Source: Eledone cirrhosa (lineage: Eukaryota). From it: a stretch of 64,000 nucleotides of DNA. The notes below the pieces were generated by a model. The model saw only the letters and a program-made list of their open reading frames with translations. It did no database searches and had not been told where the DNA came from. Shown one piece after another: positions 44,580 through 56,495 of this stretch. Within the stretch, counting starts at the first letter, position 1; each line of letters starts with the position of its first letter. The DNA is taken from NCBI GenBank assembly GCA_964016885.1, contig OZ024742.1:65472001-65536000 (forward strand), in the 5' to 3' direction. Position numbers and translations under genes: made by a program.

Positions 44580-45262
44580 ACAAACTCATCTCTGATAATA
44601 AGATAAGTAACCAATGAAGAATAAAATTATATTCGCTTATAAAACTGAAAAAAAATCTAGAAAATATGACAACTATTTCCTAAATAAGAACAAAACTTTA
44701 AACTATAAAAGGATCAGTGTTCAACGGAGAAGCTTACAATAACATAAATACAAGACAAAAAAAGTAACTAAATACATTGAAACCAGACTAAACGCGAACA
44801 GTCTGTAACATGCAAGAACTTTGCTTGAAATTATATATACATATTAATAAATCGTGCGAAAATGGATATCGGATTAATTAGTAAAAAAAACTTAAGCATT
44901 ATTAGGAAAGCACCTGACCTTCAGCAATAAAGTAGCAATAGTACAATCATAAGTTCGTTCAATAACATTGAGAATAAAAGTGAGTTTATTTATTCTATTT
45001 GATACTGTTGAATTTTATGCCTCTATCTCAAAACACCTAGTTATTAGTGACTTAGAATTCGCTAATATTTATAACAATGCAAAAAAATACAATAATATAG
45101 GTATGACTATGCAAGCTCAGAAAACATGCCTTTGTTAAAAAATCCAAAACGACAAATTTATTCGACGTCTATATGGGGAAGTTTAACATCATAGTGATGT
45201 AATCTTGTCGATCTGTATATATTACATGCACTCAAAAATAAATTCACAACAACAAATATCTG

Positions 45263-45270
<8 letters not shown>
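44580..45270 (+). mobile_element. Decayed Naiad-like PLE RT N-half
   Basis: FNNIENK..FILFDTVEFYASISKHL..LEFA, LFDVYMGKF and CNLVDLYILHAL..ICLY, ending in (TA)n just before the expected RDD. Confidence 0.7.
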
Positions 45271-45315
<45 letters not shown>

Positions 45316-45316
<1 letters not shown>

Positions 45317-46330
45317 ATAGCAGCAGGACCCGGCGATGCACGGGGTAGGAAACGCATATGCAAAGATTGAGGAATGTAGCTGTGTGCGTTTTGAATTCCC
45401 TTATTCTCAGGGAATGATTGTTAATCTACTGGAAACGTAGAACACCAGCAGGCCCGAATCGTGAAACATCTGCGTGCATGTGCAAAATCTGAAGAAAATC
45501 ACCTGGATACTCTTTAGCGTACTAAATCTTAGAGTATGATTTTTCTTCCATTTGGAGAAAATCCGTTAGGTACTTTTCGAGTTTTATAGATTCGTACCCA
45601 GTCATCCGGACAGACATCATCAGTTATGTCTATTGCACCTGCATGAGTACAGAGTAAAGCCTGCAATGCTTGAGTAAGACATGTCATGCAACCGCATAGC
45701 ATGTTGGGCCTTCCCCACAGGAGACCATAGCCTCTTCGTAAATCTACCCAATCTGATATAGACCGAACTGTTATATCGGATGCCGAACGCTTCGGAGTTA
45801 CAATTGGGGTCACCATCAACAGGGCGCCTACAAACATTTTAAGGTCCTCCTCATTTCCTCAATCCGCCGAAAATGGTCCTGCTTAAAAGTAAGTAATTGT
45901 TGTGTTCCCTGTTAAATAAACCAAATTTTTAACGCTACTTACGATGTTTAAGTCGCGTTTATATTGAAAATGAAAATGGCATGTAATGCCCAATGCTAGT
46001 TCGTAAATTTCCTAGAAACCATTAATGGAATCAGAAATTCTTTTTTGTCCACAACAATGCGAGGGGACAAACTAATGTGTGCTGCAAATTTCGAGGAAAT
46101 CGGCTGGATTATCTTTAAGTTACGCCTCAAAAATTTAAGTTATGCCTAAAAAATGCGGTTTTTCGCCTAATACAGAAAAATTAAAATTCTTTTAGCCCAT
46201 TGCACTTCAAGAAATATAAGTAACGCATGTGTAAAGTTTGAAAAAAATCGGTCGGGCACTTCTCGAGTTTTAGGGATTTACTCAGACAGACACACAGACA
46301 GACATGCTCTGTTTTATATATATAAAAGAT
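45316..46330 (+). mobile_element. Non-autonomous Helitron/Helentron-like element
   Basis: 5' tagcagcaggacccggcgatgcacggg; 3' gtaaagtttgaaaaaaatcgg..(ACAG)..ctgttttatatatataaaagat. Confidence 0.6.
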
Positions 46331-46336
46331 ATAAAC

Positions 46337-46709
46337 AAGAAGTGTAAGTCAACAGGTTGAAAATAACTTCGTTTATTTATATTTCGGTGATAACCATTAT
46401 TCAACAGCTATGACCTCATCAGGCAGTTAGAACTTGGACAGAAAAAAGCAGGAAAACATAATGTTAGAATAGATTTTACCTTATTAATTCGTTGATATCC
46501 AGAGTGCCTTCAGTTCCTTAGAGGATTAATACCTCACTCTGGATAAGGTAAAATCTATTCTAACATTATGTTTTCCTGCTTTTTCTGTCCAAGTTCTAAC
46601 TACCTGATGATGTCCTAGCTGTTGAATAATGGGTATCACCGAAATATATATATAGCAGCGCATATGAATAAACGAAGTTAACTTTAACCTGTTGAATTAC
46701 GCTTCTTCT
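46337..46709. mobile_element. Fold-back pLTR, family C (arms about 46337-46484 / 46543-46709), HHR on each arm
   Basis: Plus 46600-46658: CTGATGA-tgtcctagctgtt..aatgggtatcacc-GAAA-tatata-TA. The minus copy at 46378-46426 lacks the 3' side of stem I. Confidence 0.75.
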
Positions 46710-46809
46710 TTTTACATTATTTCGGAGTAAACAGACCCACCTGTGCACTTCGTTGAGTGCTCTAACCTGCATACTAAAGTGTCAGTAAATAACCAGCACA
46801 TACTCAAAG

Positions 46810-46936
<127 letters not shown>

Positions 46937-46959
46937 ATAACTAACCAAATTATTCAACA

Positions 46960-48004
46960 TTGTGTAGATGTATGTTACACTCAGATTAATCCCAGACAGA
47001 TGTAGACTATGAATAAAACTCTTGTAAAACTAACACACCCATAGTTTAAAAAAAATCTGATTAATAATAGCAGTCGAAAAATCTCTAACCTGTCATCGAC
47101 TAATGTTACAGCTCCTTACCCCCAAAGAACGCCAGAGGCCAGTGGATTCAATGGCAAGGTTCCATATACTCCTAAAAACATTACTCCAATACGTGATGTA
47201 CTGCATTAAATGCGACAAATGCAGGAATGTTTACACCGTAGTACAGTTCGACCTCGTCACACTTACACTGAGGAACATCTCAACGGCCGCGCATTCTTCT
47301 TTAGGAAATACACAGAAATTTGCGAAAACAAACAACAGAGACATAATAGATACTATTAAAGTCAGGGATAGGAACATAGGCAACCTTAGAATCAATGAAT
47401 CAATGCTAATAGCTAAGCTTAATCCAGAAATCAACATCAGATTAGAACACATTACGCAATACATGAAAGTGTACACACGTAAGGCAATAAAACACAAATA
47501 CATAATAGCAAACTCAAGCAGATAATTACAACTAGACACACAGCAACTGAAATAAACACACACACATACAAGCCAAACATATAACTCAATCAAGAATAGA
47601 TAAAATATCAAAATTATTGCAACTTGGCACAACATACAAAAATTGACATAAAACATAAACAAAAGTACACAATATTTGACAGGAACACACACACAACAGT
47701 TTACACATGTCAGTTCATAGACGACGTCATCCCATTACTTTCGGCATTTATAAAGACCACCGTTGCTAACAAAGGAAGTAAAATGGGGAGCTTATAATAA
47801 CAAAACCGCAAACTTTGAACCAGTTTTTTTATCATAATCTCCCGATGAAAGGATTTGAGCCCTGAAATATTAGGAGAGCTAGATAAAATAACATGTGACA
47901 CACTAACATCTTCATTGCCTTCAATATGTGTTGTCTTGACGCCGTAATACCTGAGATAATTTAAGACAGCATCACTTCAAACACATTATTTTCATCATAC
48001 TCAC

Positions 48005-48008
<4 letters not shown>
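46960..48008 (+). mobile_element. Decayed PLE 3' part (GIY-YIG, UTR, decayed HHR)
   Basis: VMYCIKCDKCRNVY...LRINESMLIAKLNPEIN; tctcc-C(T lost)GATGA-aagg..cct-GAAA-tat-TA-ggaga at about 47838-47877; ends at (TA)n. Confidence 0.7.
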
Positions 48009-48076
<68 letters not shown>

Positions 48077-48197
48077 GGAGGTGAGTTTTATTGTAGTACA
48101 ATAAGGCAATGCAGATATCGGATAGGAAGCACTCTACAGTTTGTGGGACTGGAGTATGCATAATATAAGATCAAAAGATGGTTAAAGGAGTTCCATA

Positions 48198-48268
48198 TAT
48201 TTTATTATGCGCATTTCAAAAACAAACATCATCAAGCAATAATATTTGTGTTTTCATCAGATAAAACA
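48198..48268 (-). ncRNA. Type I hammerhead ribozyme, family A
   Basis: tgttttat-CTGATGA-aaacacaaatatt..gatgtttgttttt-GAAA-tgcgca-TA-ataaaata. Confidence 0.88.
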
Positions 48269-49255
48269 GGAGAACATGATATGAAGGCTAAAAAACACTT
48301 GTGGATAGTGCAGTTTTAAATCAACATATGAAAAATGGTTTTAGATTGATGTGTGATATTGGGAAAAATATTTTATTTAGAGAGGGGGGGGGGATGAAAG
48401 GGGAGGAGATGAGAGGGAGAGATGGGTGATAGAGAGAAAGAGATAGTTTTTATAACTGAGAGGAGATATATTTTTTACATAGAGAGGTTGAAAACCGTTG
48501 GAAGATACTGTATAAATTAAAAATTTTGAAAATTAACGAAGGGAGGATATGTGCGAGGAAAAATATTTTATTTAGGGATGGGGGGAAGGATGAAAAAAAG
48601 GGGGGGAGGAGATGAGAGTGAAGGTGGAGAGGGAGAGATGGGTGATAGAGAGAAAGAGATAGTTTTTATAACTGAGAAAAAGATATATTGTTTTAATATA
48701 GAGAGGTTGGGAACCGTTGGAAGATAATGTATAAATTAAAGGAATTTGAAAATTAACGAAGGGAAATTATGTATGAAGATAGAGAGAAAAAAATAATAAT
48801 TGTGGGTGAATATTCTAACGTCAAAAGAAGAAATGTATGTATTGTGGCAATTTCAAAATTAGCGAAGAGAAAAATTGTTAAGGTTTGTGTGTAGAAGGAT
48901 TTGAGAAAAATAATGTGAAGTTAAAGTTTGTATATGATATGTGCGAATAAAGAGTTAATATGTATTAATAATGAGTTCGTTGATGGGGAGAAAAAAATAA
49001 TAATAATAAATTAAGGATGAAATTGAGATTAAAAAGATTTATGATAGAGAGAAAAAATAATAATGATTGTGGATGAATATTCAAATGACAAAAACAAATG
49101 CTATGATTTTACGAGAAGATAGAATGAGGGTAATGAGTAAACGAGTATTATAGAGTGTATAATGCCCTTTAAAGTAAGGTAGATGGGTATATTTTAAAGA
49201 GGTGTATGTATATGTGCCTTTGAGAAAAGATTCTAAATTGATAAAGAATTGAATA

Positions 49256-50871
49256 TTAACTGTATACTTTGTGAAAAGTTCTATGGAATTTATGCAGGCA
49301 GATAGAAAACAGATCTGAGCGTCTATTTATTATAGAATCTAGGTTAGAGATAATGGTAAATTTTTCATTTAGGCAGAGATTACAGATTTTAGATAGAGAG
49401 CTGTTCAAGTATGAGGATGCAGAAGAAATCTTCTTCCAAAAGATGGTATATTTAATGTTTTTGTCTTTTAAGGACCATATGAGTTCTGAGAGAGCAGTGT
49501 TAGTTCTTTTAAGTTTGTATTTGAAAGATGAATGATGATTATAGAGACGAGCTTTAAAAGAGGTGGAAGTGGAGCCAAAATAGGTGAAGGAATTGGTGCT
49601 AGTTATAATTTTACATTCATAAATTAAGTTTTTATCGAGGCAATGGTTGTTGAGAGGACATTTATTTTTAATGCGGCAGTTGCAATTAGAGAGATTATTA
49701 ATGAGTGATCTAGTGTTATCTATAGAAGGAATTGGATTGGAGAAGTTGTTTGCGATAGGAATAATAGGAATAATAGTTTCTTGATTTAGAGTTGCATTAT
49801 GAACATTTAGCGAAGTTGTGTTTGACGTTGTATTTGGGTTTACAGAAGTTAGCCTAGGGTTTACAATGACGTCGGGAGTACTATTACTGTTATTATGAAA
49901 TTCAATATTGGAAGGAAGAGATTTAGTATTTAATATTTTGTTGTTGTGTTTAGAGATGATGTTGGAAATATTGGAGGATGTAGAATACGAAAATTTGATG
50001 GTGTGTTTGTTAAATATTTTACTATAGATATGTGAGGGAGGGAAGCATTTATTTAAGGCACTAAAAAATAATTTAGGAATATTGTTATTAATAGAGATGG
50101 AGAAAGGAGCATTATACCAGATTATGTTTTTGTATCTAGGTCTTTTATTAAAATTATTGGAATGGTTATGATTAATTATTCTACTGTAAGTTTTTCTAGA
50201 ATTTGTTTCTTTATTATATTTGATTTTATCTGGATAGCCGGCTTTAGAAAGTGCGTTATTATAGTAATTGGCGTTAGCATCAAAGATGTTTTTATTAGAA
50301 GATATGTTAGATATTCTATTTCCAATATTATTAACTATAGCATTCTTGATATTGGTAGGATGGTTAGATTTAAAGTTAACATAATTAAGGTTCTCATTGT
50401 TTTTATGGTAAGGGTAATATAGGCCAGTGTCAAGATTAAGAGATACATCCAAGAAATTAGCTAGTTTGATACTATTATCAAATTCAATTTTTAGGTTATG
50501 TTGGTTAAAGAGATTACGTATATTGTTCTTAATAATATTAAGTTTAACTATATTGCAATTTAGGATAGTAAAGAGTCCATCGTCACGATAAATTCCACCG
50601 CGAAGTTGAGGAATTTTCCGACTCAAAGAGTTCAAAATGAAGATACCAATTAAATCAGTCAATTGGGATGAATCGGATGCTCCCATTGTGATGTCGAAGT
50701 TGTTAGAGGTATCGGCTCTGGTCCAATATTCGTTGTTGAACTCTAGGATGGTTTTACGTGCGGTGAGGATGATGTGAAGTTCATCTGTGGTGATGTCAGA
50801 ATATTTAAGTGCGAAAGATAGAGCATTATTGAGAAGTGAAGGCAAAATGGAGGAATAGTAGCTGGCAATAT
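49256..50871 (-). CDS. PLE reverse transcriptase (C-part) plus GIY-YIG endonuclease, open but 5'-truncated
   Basis: FDITMGA, GIYRDDGL, FLDVSL, SNHP, CNCRIKNKCPLNNHC, LIYECKI..YFGST..FKARLYNH, CNLCLNEK, CLH. The first 20 aa of the track ORF (up to 50929) come from the inverted segment. Confidence 0.9.
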
Positions 50872-51529
50872 TATGGTTTGGTACTTCTGAAGTGATTGGC
50901 TGGTTCAACAAATTGGATAATAAAAACAAACTAAAATTTATTCAATTTGATATTGCCAGCTACTATTCCTCCATTTCGCCTTCACTTCTCAATAATGATC
51001 TATCTTTCGCACTTAAATATTCTGACATCCCTTCGTTAATTTTCAAATTCCTTTAATTTATACATTATCTTCCAACGGTTCCCAACCTCTCTATATTAAA
51101 ACAATATATCTTTTTCTCAGTTATAAAAACTATCTCTTTCTCTCTATCACCCATCTCTCCCTCTCCACCTTCACTCTCACCCCCCCCTTTTTTTTTCATC
51201 CTTTCCACCCCCCCCCCTCCCTAAATAAAATATTTTTCCTCGCACATATCCTCCCTTCGTTAATTTTCAAAATTTTAAATTTATACAGTATCTTCCAACG
51301 GTTTTCAACCTCTCTATGTAAAAAATATATCTCCTCTCAGTTATAAAAACTATCTCTTTCTCTCTATCACCCATCTCTCCCTCTCATCTCCTCCCCTTTC
51401 ATCCTCCCCCCCCTCTCTAAATAAAATATTTTTCCCAATATCACACATCAATCTAAAACCATTTTTCATATGTTGATTTAAAACTGCACTATCCACAAGT
51501 GTTTTTTTAGCCTTCATATCATGTTCTCC

Positions 51530-51600
51530 TGTTTTATCTGATGAAAACACAAATATTATTGCTTGATGATGTTTGTTTTTGAAATGCGCATAATAAAATA
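51530..51600 (+). ncRNA. Type I hammerhead ribozyme, family A
   Basis: Inverted twin of 48198-48268. Confidence 0.88.
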
Positions 51601-51628
51601 TATGGAACTCCTTTAACCATCTTTTGAT

Positions 51629-51950
<322 letters not shown>

Positions 51951-52121
51951 CACGTCAGTTCACTATTGTCCGCCATCGTAATGTATCAAATTCTAGGAGA
52001 AATACATGATTCATACATTTTTTATCATCCTCTGAAAGATTAATGGCAAAATTAACATTCGCAGGATTGGAAGGAAAAAGAGCCGGAATAATTACCGTGT
52101 TGATGACGATGATGATGTTTA

Positions 52122-52180
<59 letters not shown>

Positions 52181-52342
52181 ATAATAATAATAATAATAAT
52201 GCTTTCTTTATTAACCACAAGGGTTTACATAAAGTAGACATTAAGGACAGTACAGAACAATACAGGACGGTTCAAATGGGCATATCTGCGTGTAAAAAAC
52301 AAAAAGAAAGGATGTAACAAAAAATAACAATGAAAAATTCCC

Positions 52343-54608
52343 GAGGTCCGGACCGAACCAGAACCCTAGCAATTTAACCGGTCCGTCCATCCAGCGCCCG
52401 ACGACGCTGTTGGACGGCATGGACCTGCCTCTCTAGGTGCCGAGCTGCAGGCCCACTGACTTTTCCTGGTTGATCATTGCCGCTGTCACTGCTTCGTATT
52501 CTCTTAGTGTAGTGCCGATCGCCTCGATGTGTTTGGACGTTTGACACCACTACGGTGACATCGCTGACATCGTCCGCATATGCTGACACGGATCTTCCGC
52601 ATCCTAGTTCGCGCGGGATCCCCCTCAGCGTCTCCAGTTTGTACAGTAATGGTTCGAGAGTCAATACGTACAAGAGAGACGAGAGGGGACATCCTTGGCG
52701 GATGATGTTGAACGGTTCCGAAAGGTGACCGTTCACTCTCACCACAGAGCAGATGTCGCTGTGCATGGCAGCGATCCAGCCTCTGAAGACGAGCCCAAAG
52801 CCAGCCGCCCTCAGGACTGCCGCTTGGTAACGATGGTCGACCCTATCGAAAGCTTTCGACTGATCTAAATTGATCAAGGATCCACACGTGCCAGGTTGCC
52901 TAGCTACACTCTCCACGATGTATCGCATTAGCTGGAGGTTGTCGTGGATGGATCTGTCGGGAATGGCACATGTCTGCGCCTCTCCCACCAGACCACCAAC
53001 GACAAGCGCCAACCTCTTTGCTAGCACCTTGGCCAAAATCTTGAACTTTGTGTTTAGCAGAGTTATGGGCCTGAAATTATCTATGTTATCCCCCTTGTTC
53101 GGATCCTTTCTCAGCAGCGCCACCGCTCCTCGGCTCACAGAGCTGGGAATTCTCCCGTTCTGTTGTCAGCTGCAGTAGACGTCCGCGAAGAGGCCTCCGA
53201 ACAAGTCTGGCATCTGTACGTAAAGTTCATAGGGCAGACCATCCAAACCAGGCGATTTACCCCTTGTGCAGCCAGTCATTGCCTCCCGTACTTCAGCGGC
53301 TGTTATGGCTTTTCGCAACACTCCGCCTCAGTGGCCGAGAGCCGCGGCAGTCCGTCGAGGTAGACACTAAAGTCCATCCCTCGATCCGGCCCACCGCTGC
53401 CCCCGAACAGTGTCGCTGAAAAGCTTCACACATTTGCCCGTGATCGAGTAGCATGCGCCTGTCGTGGTCCACCAAAGACCGGATCGTGGCTTTGTTGCCA
53501 CGACGCGCCTCCACCACTCGGGCCCATTGAACGGCTTTCGTCCCCTCGTGTCTGAGAGCACACACCTGACAACGCAGCCTTCGTGCTTTGCAATGAAGAA
53601 TTGGTCAAGGGCCAATTTCGCCGCAAGTAGGTTGGTCGCGATGCCTTTGCTAAGCGCCTCGTCTAATTTTCTAACTAGTTCTCCCTCTGCTCTATTTTTC
53701 TCTATAGCTAAAGCCTTACTAAACCTAATGGACTCTATACTAATCGCTCTTTTCAGAGCAAACCACCACTTGTTGTTGACGATGGCCCCCGTCAACGCCC
53801 ACTTAACTAGTTCGCTAATCCGGTCTCTGTAGGCCTTGCGCGCTGGTAAGGAAGGGTTTAGCTTCCAGTAGTCGGGTCCTCGTCTATGAGGCCTATCTAA
53901 GTCAAGCACACAGATCACGAATTTGTGGCCCGTGTAGCTGACTATCTTGAATTGTGGACAGCCTATGCTAGACCTCTCTATTTCCCTACAAAATACTCTA
54001 TCTAGATATGATGTGGATGACCCAATGCGGTTTGTCCAAGTCCTCATTGGCACATTCGGGAAATCCAATCGGTACCTGTCAGACAGTTCAAAACGCCTGA
54101 GCAGGTTGGTAATGCTCTTGCACCCTCCTCCCCTATCCGCTAATCCCACACAGTCCCAGCGTGCATCTAAGATCCCGTTCCAGTCGCCCACTAACACTAA
54201 AGAGCGGGACGTTCCAAGAAAGGTCTCCAGACGAAGGAAGAAATCAGGCGCGCTGCTCCCGTCGGGCCATAGACGGCCACTAGCCTGAAAGCGTGCTCGT
54301 CTCCGCTGGTCACGTTCAGCACCACCAACTTACCTTCTGGATTCCGGAAGAGAGCCCGTATGGCGAGATCCAAACCTCTCCGAAAAAGCACAGCAACCGC
54401 CCCCCCCCTCCAATCCAGGACGGCTGGGGGATGCGTACACATCGTAGCCGCCGAAGATCGGTGCGAAGGCCCGTGCTTCGGAGATTCTTGTCTCGGTGAT
54501 GGCCATCACATCTATGTTTAGTGACCTGAGGTCGTTGAGCAGGTGGCCCTGCTTCCATGACGACCCTAAGCCAAGCGCATTTAGGCTGCCTATTCTGAGT
54601 GAGGTCAT
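52343..54608 (-). pseudogene. Tx1 ORF2 (APE + RT), frameshifted, lacking the C-terminus
   Basis: Track pieces 54330-54608, 53367-54197 and 52374-53138; the last recognisable motif KLLGFWFGPDL joins directly to the 3' UTR. Confidence 0.9.
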
Positions 54609-54921
54609 GTTGAAATGGAGTGGAAAAGATGGGAAAAACCACTTACCTTACTTCTCGTAGAGGAAGGATGGTTTGTCCATCCTTTTCACTGCTTGTGGCC
54701 TCCTCCGGAAGGATGTCCTTATAAATCCTCCTGGAGAGTGTTTGTCGGAAGTCTCCGACGTCCTAGGGGAATTTTTGTTTTAGTGTAGTGTACGTTTTCT
54801 GTGTGATGCGAGTGATTTGTATGTGTGGAGGTGGTGTGAATTTTTTGGGTGTTGTGTAGTCTTTTTCTGTGATGCTGGTGTTGTGTTGGATGTAGTGTAA
54901 TAATTGGTTGTTGTTCAAATT

Positions 54922-54994
54922 TAATTGTTTCTACTTTAGGCACAAGGCCAGCAATTACCAAGTGCATTACTGGTACTTTGTTTTATCGACCCCG
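54922..54994 (-). mobile_element. Meta-like SINE 3' fragment nested in Tx1 ORF1
   Basis: aattgtttctactttaggcacaaggccagc...ttttatcgaccccg. Confidence 0.85.
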
Positions 54995-56431
54995 AAATTT
55001 AATGCTGTGTAGTGTGTATCGTTTTGGTTGTTTTGTTTTGTTTGCGTTTGTTGTGGGTTTCTTTCTGTTGCGCTTTTAGATGACTTTTGTGTTGTTGGTG
55101 ATGTTGGTGTTGGGGTTAATGATGGTGATGGTGTTAGTATTTGTGGTGATGGGGTTGGTGATGCTGGTGTGGATGGTGGCATATCTGTCCTAACCTTTTT
55201 GTTTGTTAGTTTATTTGTTTCCTCCTGTATTTTGTTTTTGGAGGGAGAAGGAAGAGGATTTTTTCTTTTTGGGGTTCTTTTTCTTTTTTCCTTTTTTCCT
55301 GATACAAATTCCCCACTCCTCGTCGTCACAATCTGTCTCCAGTTGCGATAGGTCGGGGAGTGGAAAATCCTCCACAGGCGTTGGTTTTGGTTGTGGCGTG
55401 GTGGATGGTGGAGGTGCTGGTGCTAGTTCTGGCGCGGTGGGTGGTGATGGTGTTGGTTTTGCTACTGTTGCTGGGGTTGTTGCTGCTACAGTTGTTGCTG
55501 CCATTTCTGCTGCTGGTGGTGTTGATGGTTGAGTCACTGGGGTGGGTAAGAGAGGTGGCCTCAACTTTTTAGCCTGAGGGCAGAAAGCCTTTAGGTGGGT
55601 TCCTTCACCACAAACGACACACCTAGGCCTTCTACCCTCAACAATGGGTGGGGGCTGACCCTGTACCCATCTTTTTTTACCATTCTCTTGGCTTCATTTA
55701 ATTTATCCTGGCTTACCTCGATCGTTTCGCTTTTCTTGGCTGCTTTGGGAAATGACACATTTTGCTTTGCGGTGGTATTGATGTTGTTATTCTCATTGTT
55801 ATTGTTGTCGCTGTTGTTGTTATTGTTATTTTTAGTTTTAGTTGTGGTGAAAGTGGTGGTGGTGTCAGTGGTGTTCGGCGTGGAAGAGGCGATTCTGCGT
55901 AAATCCATTTTGATGTCACGAGATAATAATTTATTTTTTTTTGTTTCTGTTGTCGCTGTGGTGGTGGTGGTGGTGGTCTCAGTGGTGTTCGTTGTTCTTT
56001 TTGACATTGTGGTGGTGGGGATGGCGGCTTTAACACCTGCAGTTATTGGTAATTACGGGAAATCCATGTCTTTATGCGGCAATTCTAAATAATTCAGACT
56101 GCTATTAATTATATTTTCAGTATTGGGAACCGTAGCAAGGCTTACAATGGTGTTGGTGTTGGTGGTGGAGGGGGAGGAGGGTGTTGGTCTGTTAGAAACA
56201 GTAAATTTGTCGTCCATGTTTTTTTTTCAAAGAAATATTTTGTTTGATAATTAAAAACTTTAAGTTTTGGGCTCAAGGCTCCAATATTTTTTGTGTCCTT
56301 TTCAAAAAGCAATATATGTGAACTTATAAAAACTTAACAACAAAAACTTTCCATAACTGGCAATTTGAAACAACTGAAAACAACAAACCTTTGCGGAGCT
56401 CACGATAATACGATTTCCTACGTAGGTCGCC

Positions 56432-56494
<63 letters not shown>

Positions 56495-56495
<1 letters not shown>

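Larger units (their letters stand above)
48073..51635 (-). mobile_element. Naiad-like PLE family A, 5'-truncated, with inverted 5' pLTR
   Basis: RT+GIY-YIG ORF; about 600-bp near-identical inverted arms 48163-48763 / 51029-51635, each with an HHR; both ends in (TA)n. Confidence 0.93.
52201..56431 (-). mobile_element. Tx1/L1-clade LINE with both ends present, internally deleted, flanked by (AAT)n
   Basis: ORF1 knuckle IVEGRRPRCVVCGEGTHLKAFC (about 55580-55645); APE LNALGL..ITET, LVGDWN, YLDRV, YWKLN; RT FRPITLLN, DQSKAFDRV, RQGCPLS, AYADDV; AATAAA then (ATT)n tail. Confidence 0.93.

Noticed and set aside
50872-50929. N-terminus of the 557-aa ORF as a real start
   Set aside because: It is the antisense of the inverted RT segment; the element is 5'-truncated
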